This document shows positions 16,611 to 26,989 of a DNA stretch of 38,055 nucleotides, piece by piece. The translations under genes were made by a program, and so were the position numbers. Origin of the DNA: Polyangiaceae bacterium (GTDB lineage: Bacteria; Myxococcota_A; Polyangia; Polyangiales; Polyangiaceae); contig JAPSGB010000042.1 of NCBI GenBank assembly GCA_035063585.1, forward strand, positions 1 to 38,055, given 5' to 3'. A model generated the notes under the pieces. The model had not been told where the DNA came from. It did not search any database and saw only the letters and a list, made by a program, of their open reading frames with translations. The first letter of the stretch is position 1. Each line of letters starts with the position of its first letter.

Positions 16611-18068
16611 ATGACGCGCCTGCTCACGTTCATCACGCAGCTTCGAGAGACGGTCCGCTTCGCCGACGTCCTCGACGTGATCGTCGTCTCGATCGTGGTC
16701 TACACCGCGATCAACTGGTTCCGACGAGCCCGCTCCCGCTTCGTGATGACCGGGGTCGCGGCGCTCACCGGGCTCTATTTCGCGGCTCGGGTACTCGACA
16801 TGTACCTGACGCTCTACCTCCTGCAGGCGACGGTCGCGGTGGCCGTGGTCGCCCTCATCGTCATCTTCCAGGAGGACATTCGGCGGACCTTCGAGCGGAT
16901 CGCGCTGGCGGGCCCCATCGGCCGGCGGCGCGCCCCGCTCGCTTCCGAGAAGGTTGCCGGCGCGGTGGCCGCCGCGGTAGCGCTCATGGCCCGGCAGAAG
17001 ACCGGCGCGCTCATCGTCTTCCAAGGCCGTGAGCCGCTCGAGCGACACCTGGCCGGCGGAGTCGAGCTCCACGGCGCGGTGAGCGAGCCGCTCCTGCTCA
17101 GCATCTTCGACCATCACTCCCCTGGTCACGACGGCGCGGTCATCATCGACGGTCTCCAGGTCCGTAAATTCGCGGTCCACCTCCCTCTCACGACGGCGCT
17201 CGACGGCTCCGAGCGATTTGGCACGCGACACTCGGCCGCGCTCGGTCTGTCGGAGCGCTCTGACGCCTTCATCATCGTCGTATCCGAGGAGCGGGGCCAG
17301 GTGAGCGTCGCGCGCTCGGGTTCGCTCGAGGTCGTCGACCCCGCCGGACTCCAGCGCGAGCTCGACGAGTTTCTGAGCAGACTCCGACCCGCTCCCGATG
17401 CGAGCCTGTTCGCACGGCTCTTCGCCCGCGACCTCGGCACCAAGCTCCTCAGCCTCGCAGTCGCGCTCGGAGCGTGGATCGCCATCCTCGGCTACCAGGC
17501 GGAGCTCGTCGCGCGCACCGTCAGCGTCCCCATCGTCTATCGCGACGTCCCGGAGGGCTGGGTCCTCGAGCAGCCCAAGCCGCTCGAGGCCCGCGTCACC
17601 ATCTCCGGGCCCAACCGGGCCTTCCAGCTGCTCGATCCTGCGCACCTGAGCATCTGGCTGGATGTCCGCGAGGTCCGCTCGGGCGCCCAGCGCGTCGAGA
17701 TCCGCCCGGAGAACGTCGAGCTCCCGCGCGGGCTCTCGGTTCACGGCATCGAGCCCGGCGGGGTGACTCTGGTCGCCTGGCCCACCGTCCCGATCGAGGT
17801 CACCGTCGCTCCGGCGACCACTGGCCACCTGCCGCGAGGCCTGACGCTCCGCGCGATCTCGGTGAACCCGCGACGGGTGAAGCTGCTCGTGCCGCAGCCC
17901 GAGCGCTCGCGCTACACGACGGTTCGCACGAACCCGGTGGATCTCGCGAGCGTCACCCAGACCACCACGCTCAGCCGCGCTCTCATCGTCCCACGGGATG
18001 CGCGACTCACCGAGACGACGCCGCCCGAGGTCGAGGTCACCATCGAGCTTGCGCCCGCCAAGGAGTGA
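16611..18068 (+). CDS. cdaA: Diadenylate cyclase CdaA (DisA_N/DAC) fused to YbbR/CdaR repeats
   Basis: Three N-terminal TMs with IVIFQEDIRR, then GALIV, HDGAVII, GTRHSAALGLSERSDA and VSEERGQVS, then a TM and about two YbbR-like repeats (VPIVYRDVPEGW...VTISGP; ISVNPRRVKL...VRTNPVDL). Confidence 0.88.
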   Translation: MTRLLTFITQLRETVRFADVLDVIVVSIVVYTAINWFRRARSRFVMTGVAALTGLYFAARVLDMYLTLYLLQATVAVAVVALIVIFQEDIRRTFERIALAGPIGRRRAPLASEKVAGAVAAAVALMARQKTGALIVFQGREPLERHLAGGVELHGAVSEPLLLSIFDHHSPGHDGAVIIDGLQVRKFAVHLPLTTALDGSERFGTRHSAALGLSERSDAFIIVVSEERGQVSVARSGSLEVVDPAGLQRELDEFLSRLRPAPDASLFARLFARDLGTKLLSLAVALGAWIAILGYQAELVARTVSVPIVYRDVPEGWVLEQPKPLEARVTISGPNRAFQLLDPAHLSIWLDVREVRSGAQRVEIRPENVELPRGLSVHGIEPGGVTLVAWPTVPIEVTVAPATTGHLPRGLTLRAISVNPRRVKLLVPQPERSRYTTVRTNPVDLASVTQTTTLSRALIVPRDARLTETTPPEVEVTIELAPAKE

Positions 18069-18099
18069 GCGCCGCCGGCGCGCTCGCCGTATGCCGCCG

Positions 18100-19740
18100 T
18101 CACGGATGGATGTTGACGATGGTCCCGGGCTCCGTGACGCCTCCCACGTAGGCCGCCTGCCAGTGCTCGGGGACCTGCGGCGTGGTCCACAAGAAGGTGT
18201 ACCGCGCGTCGATGGGCGACACGTTGACGCAGCCGTGGGAGCGCACCTTTCCGAAGTCGTCGTGCCAGTACGCCGCGTGGAGCGCATATCCCCCCTTGAA
18301 GTACTGCACCCAAGGCACATCGCGCAGCTCGAACTCGTGGTCTGCCACGTCGGAGTCCATCGTGGTCGTGACATGCTTCTGAGTCACGCGAAACGTCCCA
18401 CGCGGCGTGCTCAGCGTCTTGCCCGGCTCGCCCAGTCCTCCCTTACCGGTCGAGACGAGCGTCGCGTAGACTGGCTGATCGCCCTCCCACAGCACCATGG
18501 TCTGGCTCACGATCGCGATGTCGATCCACTTGGTGCCTCGCTTCGCCCATGACGGGAGCGAGCTCGGCTTGGCGGCCGTCTTCAAGTCGCTGCTCCGGAG
18601 CCATTTGCCGTTACGCGCCTCGACCATCCGCACCCCCCGGATCATCTTGACGGTGCCGGTGAGCGGTACGAGCTCCCGGAACCCGACCCGCTCTCCGCGC
18701 TCGATTTCATTGCCTCGCACGTCCCACCAGGTCGCGTCGCGCGCATAGGGGAACGCGACCGGCAGCCCGCTCTCGCGGATGCTTCCGCCGTGGAAGGGCG
18801 AGCCCGAGTCCGCCTTCAGCTTGTCCGCGGGGATGAGCCGCGCGTCGGTGGTGACGGCGAAGCGCCGGCCATTCGCCCGCTCGTCGGCGACGAAGGTCCC
18901 GATGAGCGCGACGCCGGCGTGGCGCCTGACGCGGCTCGCGATGACGGCGTAGGGAGGCGCGCGATACGACGAGAGGTTCGGGATCCGTCGCTCTCCCTCG
19001 AGCCACCAGGGGACCGTGTCGTCGCCGTTGCCACCGAACCGCTCGCTCTGGTTCATCGGCTTGGCGGCGTCGGGGATCTTGCCCGTGGCCAACCCAGCCT
19101 CGTCGATGGGGACGTCGTTGGCGCCCACGTCGAGGTCGTCCCAGTGCTCGCGGAGGCGATTCCAATTCCTGAGGTGGCGTTCGAGGCGCATCTCGTACTG
19201 AAACTGCTCGTTCTTGGTCGGGACCCTGAGGTAGTTCGGCGCGATCGCGCGCACGAACGCGTACTTGTACGGCATCGGGTTACGTCGATCGGGCTCGACG
19301 TGGAGGGCCCGCGCGATCGGGTTGTCGAGCTTGGTGGTCGCGTCCGCGCCCGCGCAGACGAACCCGACGGGCCGAATCGCGTACCACCCGTCCGGGCAGT
19401 CGTTGCGGCTCACCGGCTCGCGCGAGCGGGCCACGCGGGCGCCGACCCTCAGGTACCCGACGGCGTCGCTCTTCTTGTCCGGCTTCGGATAGATCGGAAC
19501 GATGAAGGCGAGCGGAGCGAGCGCGGGCCCGTCCGCGGGGGGCACGGGCACCGAGGACCACTCATCCTTGTCTACCGAGACCCCGCCGTTCTCCGCCTTG
19601 ATCTTGGAAGCCGCGGGCGATTTACCCCCGAAGAAGGACAGTTGCTCGTCACACCCCGCCCCGAAGATGAGCAGCAGGGCCGGCAGCACCCACCCCGCGG
19701 TCAGACGACGGTGCGCGCTCCGCTCGGCTCGACTCGACAT
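18100..19740 (-). CDS. L,D-transpeptidase (YkuD) lipoprotein
   Basis: Lipobox GAGC, and C-terminal VSTG...TPRGTF...VPWVQYF...ALHAAYWHDDFGKVRSHGCVN (catalytic His/Cys). Confidence 0.92.
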   Translation of the reverse strand: MSSRAERSAHRRLTAGWVLPALLLIFGAGCDEQLSFFGGKSPAASKIKAENGGVSVDKDEWSSVPVPPADGPALAPLAFIVPIYPKPDKKSDAVGYLRVGARVARSREPVSRNDCPDGWYAIRPVGFVCAGADATTKLDNPIARALHVEPDRRNPMPYKYAFVRAIAPNYLRVPTKNEQFQYEMRLERHLRNWNRLREHWDDLDVGANDVPIDEAGLATGKIPDAAKPMNQSERFGGNGDDTVPWWLEGERRIPNLSSYRAPPYAVIASRVRRHAGVALIGTFVADERANGRRFAVTTDARLIPADKLKADSGSPFHGGSIRESGLPVAFPYARDATWWDVRGNEIERGERVGFRELVPLTGTVKMIRGVRMVEARNGKWLRSSDLKTAAKPSSLPSWAKRGTKWIDIAIVSQTMVLWEGDQPVYATLVSTGKGGLGEPGKTLSTPRGTFRVTQKHVTTTMDSDVADHEFELRDVPWVQYFKGGYALHAAYWHDDFGKVRSHGCVNVSPIDARYTFLWTTPQVPEHWQAAYVGGVTEPGTIVNIHP

Positions 19741-19854
19741 GTCCCGTGAATGCCAAATCCGAGCGCACCGGCCCAGTAAACGGCAGCCCGCTTCGATAAG
19801 CGCTCCCGTAAGCTCGTCTCACCCGCGCGCTCCGGCGCGCCGAGACGGAGGGGT

Positions 19855-21033
19855 TCACCGGGCCTTCAGCATCACTGGCTGGGTCCACGCCTTGGTGCCG
19901 TCGGCGGCCTCGACCACCGCTCGCACGTAGCCCTCGTCGCCTCGCGGCACATAGGTGGCCGAGGGCCCCTCGCTCGTCGCCAGCGTCCGCCCCCCCTTGC
20001 CGACGAAACGCGTACGCGCGGAGCGTTCGCCCAGCGTCGTGAGCGAGAACCGCTCGCGCGAGCGCTCGAGCGTGGCGAGTGAGACGCCGGTCGAGGCGTA
20101 GAATTCGCCGGCCAAGAGCGCTGCGCGGATGGCGGGCAGGGTCTTCTCCGCCCGCACCATGATCCAGCCCCGATCTCCGACATAGGCGAACTTGCCGCGA
20201 CGGCGGCGCTCCTCGGCGTCCGCAAAATGGTGCGCGTCGTCGGTCGCGAGCGCATACACGAGGACGCCGTCGCTCAGCACCTGATCCCAGAGCGCCTCGC
20301 CCCGGCCCTCGGCCTCGGCTCGCCCACCGGGATGCTGCGCGGTGAGCGCGGCGTTGAAGAAGCCCACCAGCGTCACGTCGGCTTCGACGGCGAGCGCCTT
20401 GATGAGCCGGGCGTCGGCGGCGAAGTGAAACTGCGGATGGTTCAGCGCGACGATCCCGTCGAGCGCTCGCGCCGCTCGGATCTGCTGCTCGTACGCGGCG
20501 CGACGACCGCGCTGGAACGGGAGCCGAATGAGCCCGCCCCCGGTCCGGTCCCGCGCCGGATCGACAAACATCCCCGTCGTATGAAATAGGCAGCGATACC
20601 CCGGGCTCGGCCGCGGCGCGCAGTCGGTGCTGTTCTGCGTGTACTCGACCCCCGGCACGAAGAGGAGCCCCTCGGGTGGCGACGCGATCGTGACGCGGTT
20701 ATGGTCGGTGAGCGCCACGAAGTCGTAACCGCGCTCAGCGTAGAATCGGAGCGCGTCGACGGGCGGCGTGTGTCCGTCGAACGAGCCGCTCGTGTGCACG
20801 TGCGTCTCGCCCTTCAGGAAGCGAGCGGCCGGAGCTCGAATGCTCGGCTCCGGCTCCGCTGGTCGGAGCGGCGCGGCCGGCGGCGCGTGCTCGCCGAGCT
20901 CGCGCGCCGCACTCGCTCGTGTCGCGGAGGGCGCGCTCGGCTCACTCGCGGCGGCGGGGGCGGCGGCCGGCGCGGGCTGGCATGCCCCGAGCGCGAAGAC
21001 CAGCGGGAGCGCGCCCTGCTTTCGCCGTACCAT
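19855..21033 (-). CDS. PHP-family (CehA/McbA-like) metallohydrolase lipoprotein
   Basis: Lipobox ALGAC, then HVHT.xSxDG, ALTDHN, PGVEY, NHP and TDDAH metal-binding motifs. Confidence 0.85.
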   Translation of the reverse strand: MVRRKQGALPLVFALGACQPAPAAAPAAASEPSAPSATRASAARELGEHAPPAAPLRPAEPEPSIRAPAARFLKGETHVHTSGSFDGHTPPVDALRFYAERGYDFVALTDHNRVTIASPPEGLLFVPGVEYTQNSTDCAPRPSPGYRCLFHTTGMFVDPARDRTGGGLIRLPFQRGRRAAYEQQIRAARALDGIVALNHPQFHFAADARLIKALAVEADVTLVGFFNAALTAQHPGGRAEAEGRGEALWDQVLSDGVLVYALATDDAHHFADAEERRRRGKFAYVGDRGWIMVRAEKTLPAIRAALLAGEFYASTGVSLATLERSRERFSLTTLGERSARTRFVGKGGRTLATSEGPSATYVPRGDEGYVRAVVEAADGTKAWTQPVMLKAR

Positions 21034-21112
21034 CGACTCGACCATCTTGCCGCGGGCCGCGCGCTCTTCCAAAGAAACCGCCGGGCCGAAGCGGTATCAT
21101 GGGCGAGGCCCC

Positions 21113-23353
21113 GTGGTTCACGCCGATCTCCTGTCCGCCTTACGCGTCGCCTGCCTCCTCGCGGCGGCGGGCGCCGCCGCCTGCGGCGCGCGCGCTCTCT
21201 CACCCGAGCTGCCGCCAGCGCCGCCAGCGAGCGCGCCGGCGGTCCCCGTCGAGGTCGAGAGGACGGGAGCGCAGCGGCCGCGCATCGACACTCCGCGCGA
21301 CGACGTGGTGGAGGTGCTCCACGGTCGCGCAGTGTCCGATCCCTATCGGTGGCTCGAGAACGACGGCTCGCCGAGAGTAAAGCGCTGGGTCGACGAGGAG
21401 AACCGCCTCACCGAGCGACTCCTCGGCAGGGTCCCAGCCCGCGCCGCCATCCGCGCCGAGCTCGAGGAGCTCATCGGGCTCGGTCAAGTCACTGTCCCGA
21501 CCGTGCGGCGCACCGCCGACGGACGGCTCCGCTACTTCTTCCGCCGCCGGGTGGGCAGCGAGAATCAACCGATCCTCTACGTCCGTGACGGACTCGACGG
21601 CCCCGACCAACCCCTCGTCGATCCCAACACGATGAGCGCGAGCGGAGCGGTCGCGCTCGACTGGTACTTCCCCTCCAAGGACGGCGCCCTGCTCGCCTAC
21701 GGGACCAGCGGCACCGGCAGCGAGAACAGCATGCTTCGCGTGCGTAACGTCTCGACCGGTCGCGATCTACCCGACACCATCGAGCGGACGCGTTATGCGT
21801 CGCTCTGCTGGAAGCGCGACGGCCGGAGCTTCTACTACTCGCGGTACCCGGCGCCCGGCACGGTTCCGACGGGAGACGAGACGCTGCATCGCCGGATCTA
21901 CGAGCACGTGCTCGGCCACCCTCCCGAGCGCGACCGTCTCATCTACGGCACCGGGCGCGCGCCGAATAGCTTTCCGAGCTGCTCACTCTCGCCGAACGGC
22001 CGATGGCTGGTCATCCGCGAGTCCATCGGTTGGAATAAGAGCGAGCTATTCCTCGCCGATACCACCGCGCCGCGGCTCGTGTTCACCGAGCTCACCTCGC
22101 GGCAAGAGCAGCTCTACGACGCGTTCCCGACCGACGAGACGCTCTACCTTCGAACCAACGAAGGCGCGCCGCGATACGCGCTGTATGCGGTAAACCCAAC
22201 GAATCCATCGCGCGACCAGTGGCGGCCCGTGCTCGCCGAGCATCCCACCGACGTGCTCGAGACCGTCGAGGTGGTGGGTGGGCAGCTCCTGGTGGGCTAC
22301 GCGCACGCTGGCGTGAGCCGCCTCGAGCGCTTCGACGCGTCGGGCAAGACGCTCGGCCCGATCGAGCTCCCGGGCCCCGGGGCCTCGGGAGGTTTCTCCG
22401 GACTCCCGGACGGCGACGAGGCGTTCTTCGACTTCGAGTCGTTCCTGTCGCCAAGCAGCGTCTTCCGGCTCGATGTCGGCTCGGGCACGACGAGCCTGTG
22501 GCAGCGCACCCCGTCCAGCGTCGATCCCGACGACTACGTCGTGACGCAGGGCGCAGCGCGCTCGAAGGATGGCGCGCAGATCCCCTACCTCATGGTCAGC
22601 CGAAAGGACGTGAGCCTCACCGCACGGGACAACCCCACGCTCCTATACGGCTATGGCGGGTTCAACGTCACCCTCAGGCCACGCTTCACGCGGACCGCGT
22701 TCGTCCTCCTCGAGCGCGGGGGGGTCTACGTCCAGGCAAACCTGCGCGGCGGCGGCGAGTTCGGCGAAGACTGGCATCGGTCAGGTACGCGCGAGAACAA
22801 GCAGCGCACGTTCGACGATTTCATCGCGGTGGCGCGGAGCTTGATCACGCGCGGAGTCACGAACCCCGCGCGCCTGGCCATCCACGGGCAGTCGAACGGC
22901 GGACTCTTGGTGGCGGCGAGCGTCGTGCAGGCCCCTCATCTGTTTCGCGCCGCGGTGAGCAGCGTTCCGCTCACCGACATGCTCCGCTTCGATCGATTCC
23001 TGCTTGGCAAGCTCTGGATCCCGGAGTTTGGCTCGCCGTCGGAGCCGAGAGACTTCGAGTGGCTCTCGGCGTACTCCCCCTACCATCGCGTCCAGAAGGG
23101 GGTCGCCTACCCGGCCGTGCTCTTCACCACGGCGAGCGGTGACACCCGAGTGGCGCCCCTGCACGCCCGCAAGATGGCCGCCGCGCTCGCCTGGGCTACC
23201 AGCTCGGAGCGTCCGATCCTGCTCCGCACCGAGCTGAACGCGGGCCACGGCGCGGGCAAGCCGACCTCCCTCTTGCTCGACGAGTACACCGACTTCTACT
23301 CGTTCGTGCTCTGGCAGCTCGGGGTCATCGACGGCCCCGAGGCCTCGCTCTAA
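21113..23353 (+). CDS. Prolyl oligopeptidase (S9A), probable lipoprotein
   Basis: DPYRWLE, beta-propeller region, YGYGGF, GQSNGG (Ser), DTRV (Asp) and AGHG (His). The start is probably GTG 21113, ahead of the lipobox GAAAC. Confidence 0.93.
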   Translation: MVHADLLSALRVACLLAAAGAAACGARALSPELPPAPPASAPAVPVEVERTGAQRPRIDTPRDDVVEVLHGRAVSDPYRWLENDGSPRVKRWVDEENRLTERLLGRVPARAAIRAELEELIGLGQVTVPTVRRTADGRLRYFFRRRVGSENQPILYVRDGLDGPDQPLVDPNTMSASGAVALDWYFPSKDGALLAYGTSGTGSENSMLRVRNVSTGRDLPDTIERTRYASLCWKRDGRSFYYSRYPAPGTVPTGDETLHRRIYEHVLGHPPERDRLIYGTGRAPNSFPSCSLSPNGRWLVIRESIGWNKSELFLADTTAPRLVFTELTSRQEQLYDAFPTDETLYLRTNEGAPRYALYAVNPTNPSRDQWRPVLAEHPTDVLETVEVVGGQLLVGYAHAGVSRLERFDASGKTLGPIELPGPGASGGFSGLPDGDEAFFDFESFLSPSSVFRLDVGSGTTSLWQRTPSSVDPDDYVVTQGAARSKDGAQIPYLMVSRKDVSLTARDNPTLLYGYGGFNVTLRPRFTRTAFVLLERGGVYVQANLRGGGEFGEDWHRSGTRENKQRTFDDFIAVARSLITRGVTNPARLAIHGQSNGGLLVAASVVQAPHLFRAAVSSVPLTDMLRFDRFLLGKLWIPEFGSPSEPRDFEWLSAYSPYHRVQKGVAYPAVLFTTASGDTRVAPLHARKMAAALAWATSSERPILLRTELNAGHGAGKPTSLLLDEYTDFYSFVLWQLGVIDGPEASL

Positions 23354-24633
23354 CGCGCCCGACGACGCCACGCCCGGCGGCCGAGGATGAGCAGCGCGCC
23401 CAGCGCGAGCGCGCCGCCGGCCACCACGAGCTCCGCCGCGCGCGCGGAGCGCAAGATGAGCGCGATCGCGCCGAGCGCGAGCGGTGCCGGCCAGAGCTGC
23501 CAGGGGCGGAGCCCGCGCTCCCGACGCAGCGCGAGCGCGGCGAGCGCGGCCGCGCTGACACCATACTGCGCGAGGACCGCCACGCTCGACACCACGAAGA
23601 GCTCCCCGAGCCGTCCGGCCATGACCAGCACGGTGACCCCGAGCGTGGTCAGCCCGAGTGCGGCAAGGGGTACGTGCCGCCGCTCGCGTCCAGCCCACAC
23701 TCCGAGCGCGTCCGGCTGCCCGAGCGCCGACAGATAGCGCGGGGTCATGGCGAACATGCCGAAGGCAATCCCGAGCGCGGACAGGTTGGTACCCGCCGCC
23801 ACCAGCCACGCTGCCCCGCTCCCCCCAAACACCCGCGCCGCATCGACCAGCGGCGCCGCGCTCGCAGCGAGCCCCGGGAGCGCGAGCACACAGGCCCGGT
23901 GCAAGAGAACGTAGAGCGCGGCCGCCCCGAAGAGCGCTCCGAGGGTCGCCGCCGGGATCGACCGACGCGCGCGGCGCGCGTTCCCGGCAGGCAACGGTAC
24001 GATCTCGAAGCCCTGCAGCGCAAACACGACGATCAGCGCGGCGCGGTCCACCCCCACGACATCTAGGGCGCCGCTCCTCGGGAGCCCCTCGGGTGCTCCC
24101 GCCCAGAGCGCGAGCCCGAGCAGGAAGAGGAGCGGGACCAGCTTGAGCACGGTGACGACATTCCAGACCGCCACGCTCGGCCGCAGCCCGAGCGCCGCCG
24201 TCCCCGAGAGCGCGGCGATCGAGGCAAGCGCCACGCCACGCACCGCGGTCGTCGAGCCCAGGCCGAGCCCCGAGCCCAGATGCTCGGCGAGCCCCGCGAT
24301 CACCGCCGCGGTGCTGAAGAGCGCCGATACGAACGCGATCCACCCGACCGCAAACGCGACGGTCGGCCCAAACGCCGCGCGCGCCCAGAGATAGGGCCCA
24401 CCGTCGGCGTCGAAGTGGCCGCCGAGCGTCGCGTACGTGATGGCCACCGGCCCGAGCGCCAGCGCCACCGCCGCGTAGATCCACATCCCCGCCGCGCCCG
24501 GGACCGCGCGAGCGACCTCGGCTGGGACAAAAAAGATCCCGACTCCGACGATCCCGTTGATTCCGAGCGCCAACAGCGACCCGAAGCCGAGGACTCGGCG
24601 CTCCGCCACGCCCCCTTCCTCCCGAGCGCGCAT
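23350..24633 (-). CDS. APC-family amino acid permease
   Basis: GINGIVGVGIF, GGPYLWARAAFG and FALQGFE, with about 12 TMs. Confidence 0.9.
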   Translation of the reverse strand: MRAREEGGVAERRVLGFGSLLALGINGIVGVGIFFVPAEVARAVPGAAGMWIYAAVALALGPVAITYATLGGHFDADGGPYLWARAAFGPTVAFAVGWIAFVSALFSTAAVIAGLAEHLGSGLGLGSTTAVRGVALASIAALSGTAALGLRPSVAVWNVVTVLKLVPLLFLLGLALWAGAPEGLPRSGALDVVGVDRAALIVVFALQGFEIVPLPAGNARRARRSIPAATLGALFGAAALYVLLHRACVLALPGLAASAAPLVDAARVFGGSGAAWLVAAGTNLSALGIAFGMFAMTPRYLSALGQPDALGVWAGRERRHVPLAALGLTTLGVTVLVMAGRLGELFVVSSVAVLAQYGVSAAALAALALRRERGLRPWQLWPAPLALGAIALILRSARAAELVVAGGALALGALLILGRRAWRRRAR

Positions 24634-24638
24634 GTTCG

Positions 24639-26891
24639 TCAGGCGAGCAGCTCGGCGAAGCGCTCGCGCATGAGCGCGACTGCAGCATCACCCGCAGACG
24701 ACTCCTCATAGCCGAAGCGAGCGCGAAGCTCCTCCACCACCCGACTCGCCGCCTCGGCGGCCTCCGGCGCCAGACTCGAGCCATCCCCGCGAAGCCAGAT
24801 GACCACGTCTCGACAGAGCCGAGCGACCGCGGAGCGCCTCTCCTCGAAAACCGCCTCGCGCATGCTGCGGAGCTGCGGCGCGAACACCGTCGCGTTGTCG
24901 ATCGGCGCGCCTGGATGCTCGATGGCCCAGGCCGCGGCCCGGCTGATGAGCGAGTGACGAAGTTGCCGCGGCTCATCGCTCGTTCCGAGCAGCGACTCGA
25001 CCTCCTGCATCAGCGACTCGCTCGGCTCCTCGTATTGCCCGGTCAGCGGGTTCCTGAGCTTCTCGCCCTTCACCCAGAAGCTGACGTGCGTGATGTAGCG
25101 ATCGAAGAGCTCGTCGTATCGCGCCTCATCCACGAGCCCGCTCGACACGCGAAACTCCCCCTCGAGCGCGTCGAGCAAGTGCTCACGCAGGAGCTCTCGA
25201 AAGAGGACATGATCGTGATAGCCCCCGGGCTGCCGTTCCTCTTCGAGCCATGAGTATTCACTGACCCGCGCGCACAACCGGTCGAGCTCGTCGAGCACCG
25301 CGAACGGCGAGAGACACGAATAGCGGGTGCTCTGCGCCGCGTCGAGCAAGAGGGCGCGCATCTCTCGCGGGCTCGCGCCCGAGCTCCCCTCGTAGATCGG
25401 CGCTCCGTCGGCCTCCGCGCGGATGCGCGCGATCCCGGCCCTCAAGGTCGACGACCGCTCGGCGTCGAGACGCGGCGGCGTACCACCGGACGCGTAGAGC
25501 TCGAGCTTCTCGAAGGCGGTGAGCTCGCCTACCACGGACCGGAGCGCCCCCTCGTACTGCTCCGGGTCGGGCCGCCGCATCCTCGTGAGCACCGCGAAAC
25601 GCGCCGCGACCTCGGTCGCGTGCGGCGCGACGTGCAGCCCGGCCTGCGGCGCGATCTGCAGGTCATAGATCCGCTGCTCGTCGTTCCAACTGAGCAGGTA
25701 TGGCGTGCGGACGAGCTCGAGCCGCCCTCGAAAGCTCTCGAACTCGGGGTGTTCGCGGAACGCCGAGAGATGCAGCTCATTTCCGCTCGCGAGCATCACG
25801 CAGTTGATCTGGACGGTCTGCGAGCGGAGCCCTACCTCACCAGTCTCCGCGGTGATCTGCAGGTACTTGAACGCATCGAGCGGCCGCTTCAAGAGATCCG
25901 AGAACTCGAGTACGCCGCCCGCCGCGTCGATGAGCTCACCAAAGACCTCGAACAGTGTCACCGACTTCAAGGACGCCGGCAAGGCACCGAGCGAGTGATC
26001 CGCGGTGACCTGCCGCTCGCCGGCGTCGACGCTGAGCTCGGGTCCGAGCGTCACCGCGCCCACGCGGTAGCGCCGTGAGATGAAGTAGCGCTCGACCTGG
26101 ACGTGCCGGAAGACTTCGTCGAGATTGCCGCCGTAGCTCGCGAGCAGCGCCTCGTAGACGAGCTGGCTCTTGTGCGAGAGGCTCCCGTGCAGGATCCACG
26201 CGGGTGGGGGCTCGCTCGCCTGCGCCTCCTCGTAGAGCCTCTCGAGGAGCCGAGCGCGCTCGCGCCGGGGCACGAGAAACAGCGGATGATCCCTCACCTC
26301 CATGAATAGGCGCGCGTCGAGCTGGTCGTCCGGGAGGTGGGCATAGCTGTCATCGTCGCCGCTCCCCGGTCGCCCGCCGCCAAATCCGATCGCGCCGCGG
26401 AGTCGCGTCTGGTTCGGGAACACCCAGTGAAACCGATAGAGCGCGCCCTCGTCGAGCGCAGAATAGTGCTCGAGCGCGCGCATGATGCAGGCAGCGATCG
26501 TGCTCTTCGCCGAGCCATTGGGCCCGTGCAGGAGCGCGACCCGCTTCGGGCGCCCCTCGCGCACGAAATTCGATAGGATCCGGTAGAGCTCGGCCTGCAC
26601 GGTCTCCTGCCCGACCAGCGCCTCTCGCTCGCGGTCCTCCTCGGGCAGAAACGGCTGATCGAAGAGTCGAAAGCGCGTGAGCGTGCCCCAGGGTCGCTCG
26701 ACGGTTGCGCGCCCGTAATGGTCGAAGAGATCGCGGAGGTATCGCGAGGCGTCTCGCGAGTGCCGCACGGGCTCGGTGGCAAAGAGCTCGACATACTCCT
26801 GAAACGAGAGGAGCCGCCGCTCTTCCGTGAAGCTCCGCTGAACGTCTCGGGCGATCTGACGGAGCTCGTCGACCAGGCGCTCTGTGCCCAT
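24639..26891 (-). CDS. prkA: PrkA/YeaG-family AAA+ ATPase (serine protein kinase PrkA-like)
   Basis: LHGPNGSAKST Walker A, GELIDAAGGVLEFSDLLKRP, EGSSGASPRE, LFDRYI and C-terminal FGYEESSA. The start is ATG 26891 or 26912. Confidence 0.85.
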   Translation of the reverse strand: MGTERLVDELRQIARDVQRSFTEERRLLSFQEYVELFATEPVRHSRDASRYLRDLFDHYGRATVERPWGTLTRFRLFDQPFLPEEDREREALVGQETVQAELYRILSNFVREGRPKRVALLHGPNGSAKSTIAACIMRALEHYSALDEGALYRFHWVFPNQTRLRGAIGFGGGRPGSGDDDSYAHLPDDQLDARLFMEVRDHPLFLVPRRERARLLERLYEEAQASEPPPAWILHGSLSHKSQLVYEALLASYGGNLDEVFRHVQVERYFISRRYRVGAVTLGPELSVDAGERQVTADHSLGALPASLKSVTLFEVFGELIDAAGGVLEFSDLLKRPLDAFKYLQITAETGEVGLRSQTVQINCVMLASGNELHLSAFREHPEFESFRGRLELVRTPYLLSWNDEQRIYDLQIAPQAGLHVAPHATEVAARFAVLTRMRRPDPEQYEGALRSVVGELTAFEKLELYASGGTPPRLDAERSSTLRAGIARIRAEADGAPIYEGSSGASPREMRALLLDAAQSTRYSCLSPFAVLDELDRLCARVSEYSWLEEERQPGGYHDHVLFRELLREHLLDALEGEFRVSSGLVDEARYDELFDRYITHVSFWVKGEKLRNPLTGQYEEPSESLMQEVESLLGTSDEPRQLRHSLISRAAAWAIEHPGAPIDNATVFAPQLRSMREAVFEERRSAVARLCRDVVIWLRGDGSSLAPEAAEAASRVVEELRARFGYEESSAGDAAVALMRERFAELLA

Positions 26892-26989
26892 GGCCGGGAG
26901 TCTTCCAGGCATTGTTCGCTACTTCCAGCCCGGGAGCGCGAGCGCAGCAAAAATGCCGCCCTGGAGCGCGACGCGGTCCGCCTCGACGC

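Noticed and set aside
16074..18374. Long antisense or alternative-frame ORFs (e.g. 16074..18374 -, 22781..24976 -, 27432..29129 +, 4143..5696 +, 35839..37269 +, 32692..33990 -)
   Set aside because: They are shadows of well-supported genes, expected at this GC content where stop codons are rare, and they contain no recognisable motifs.
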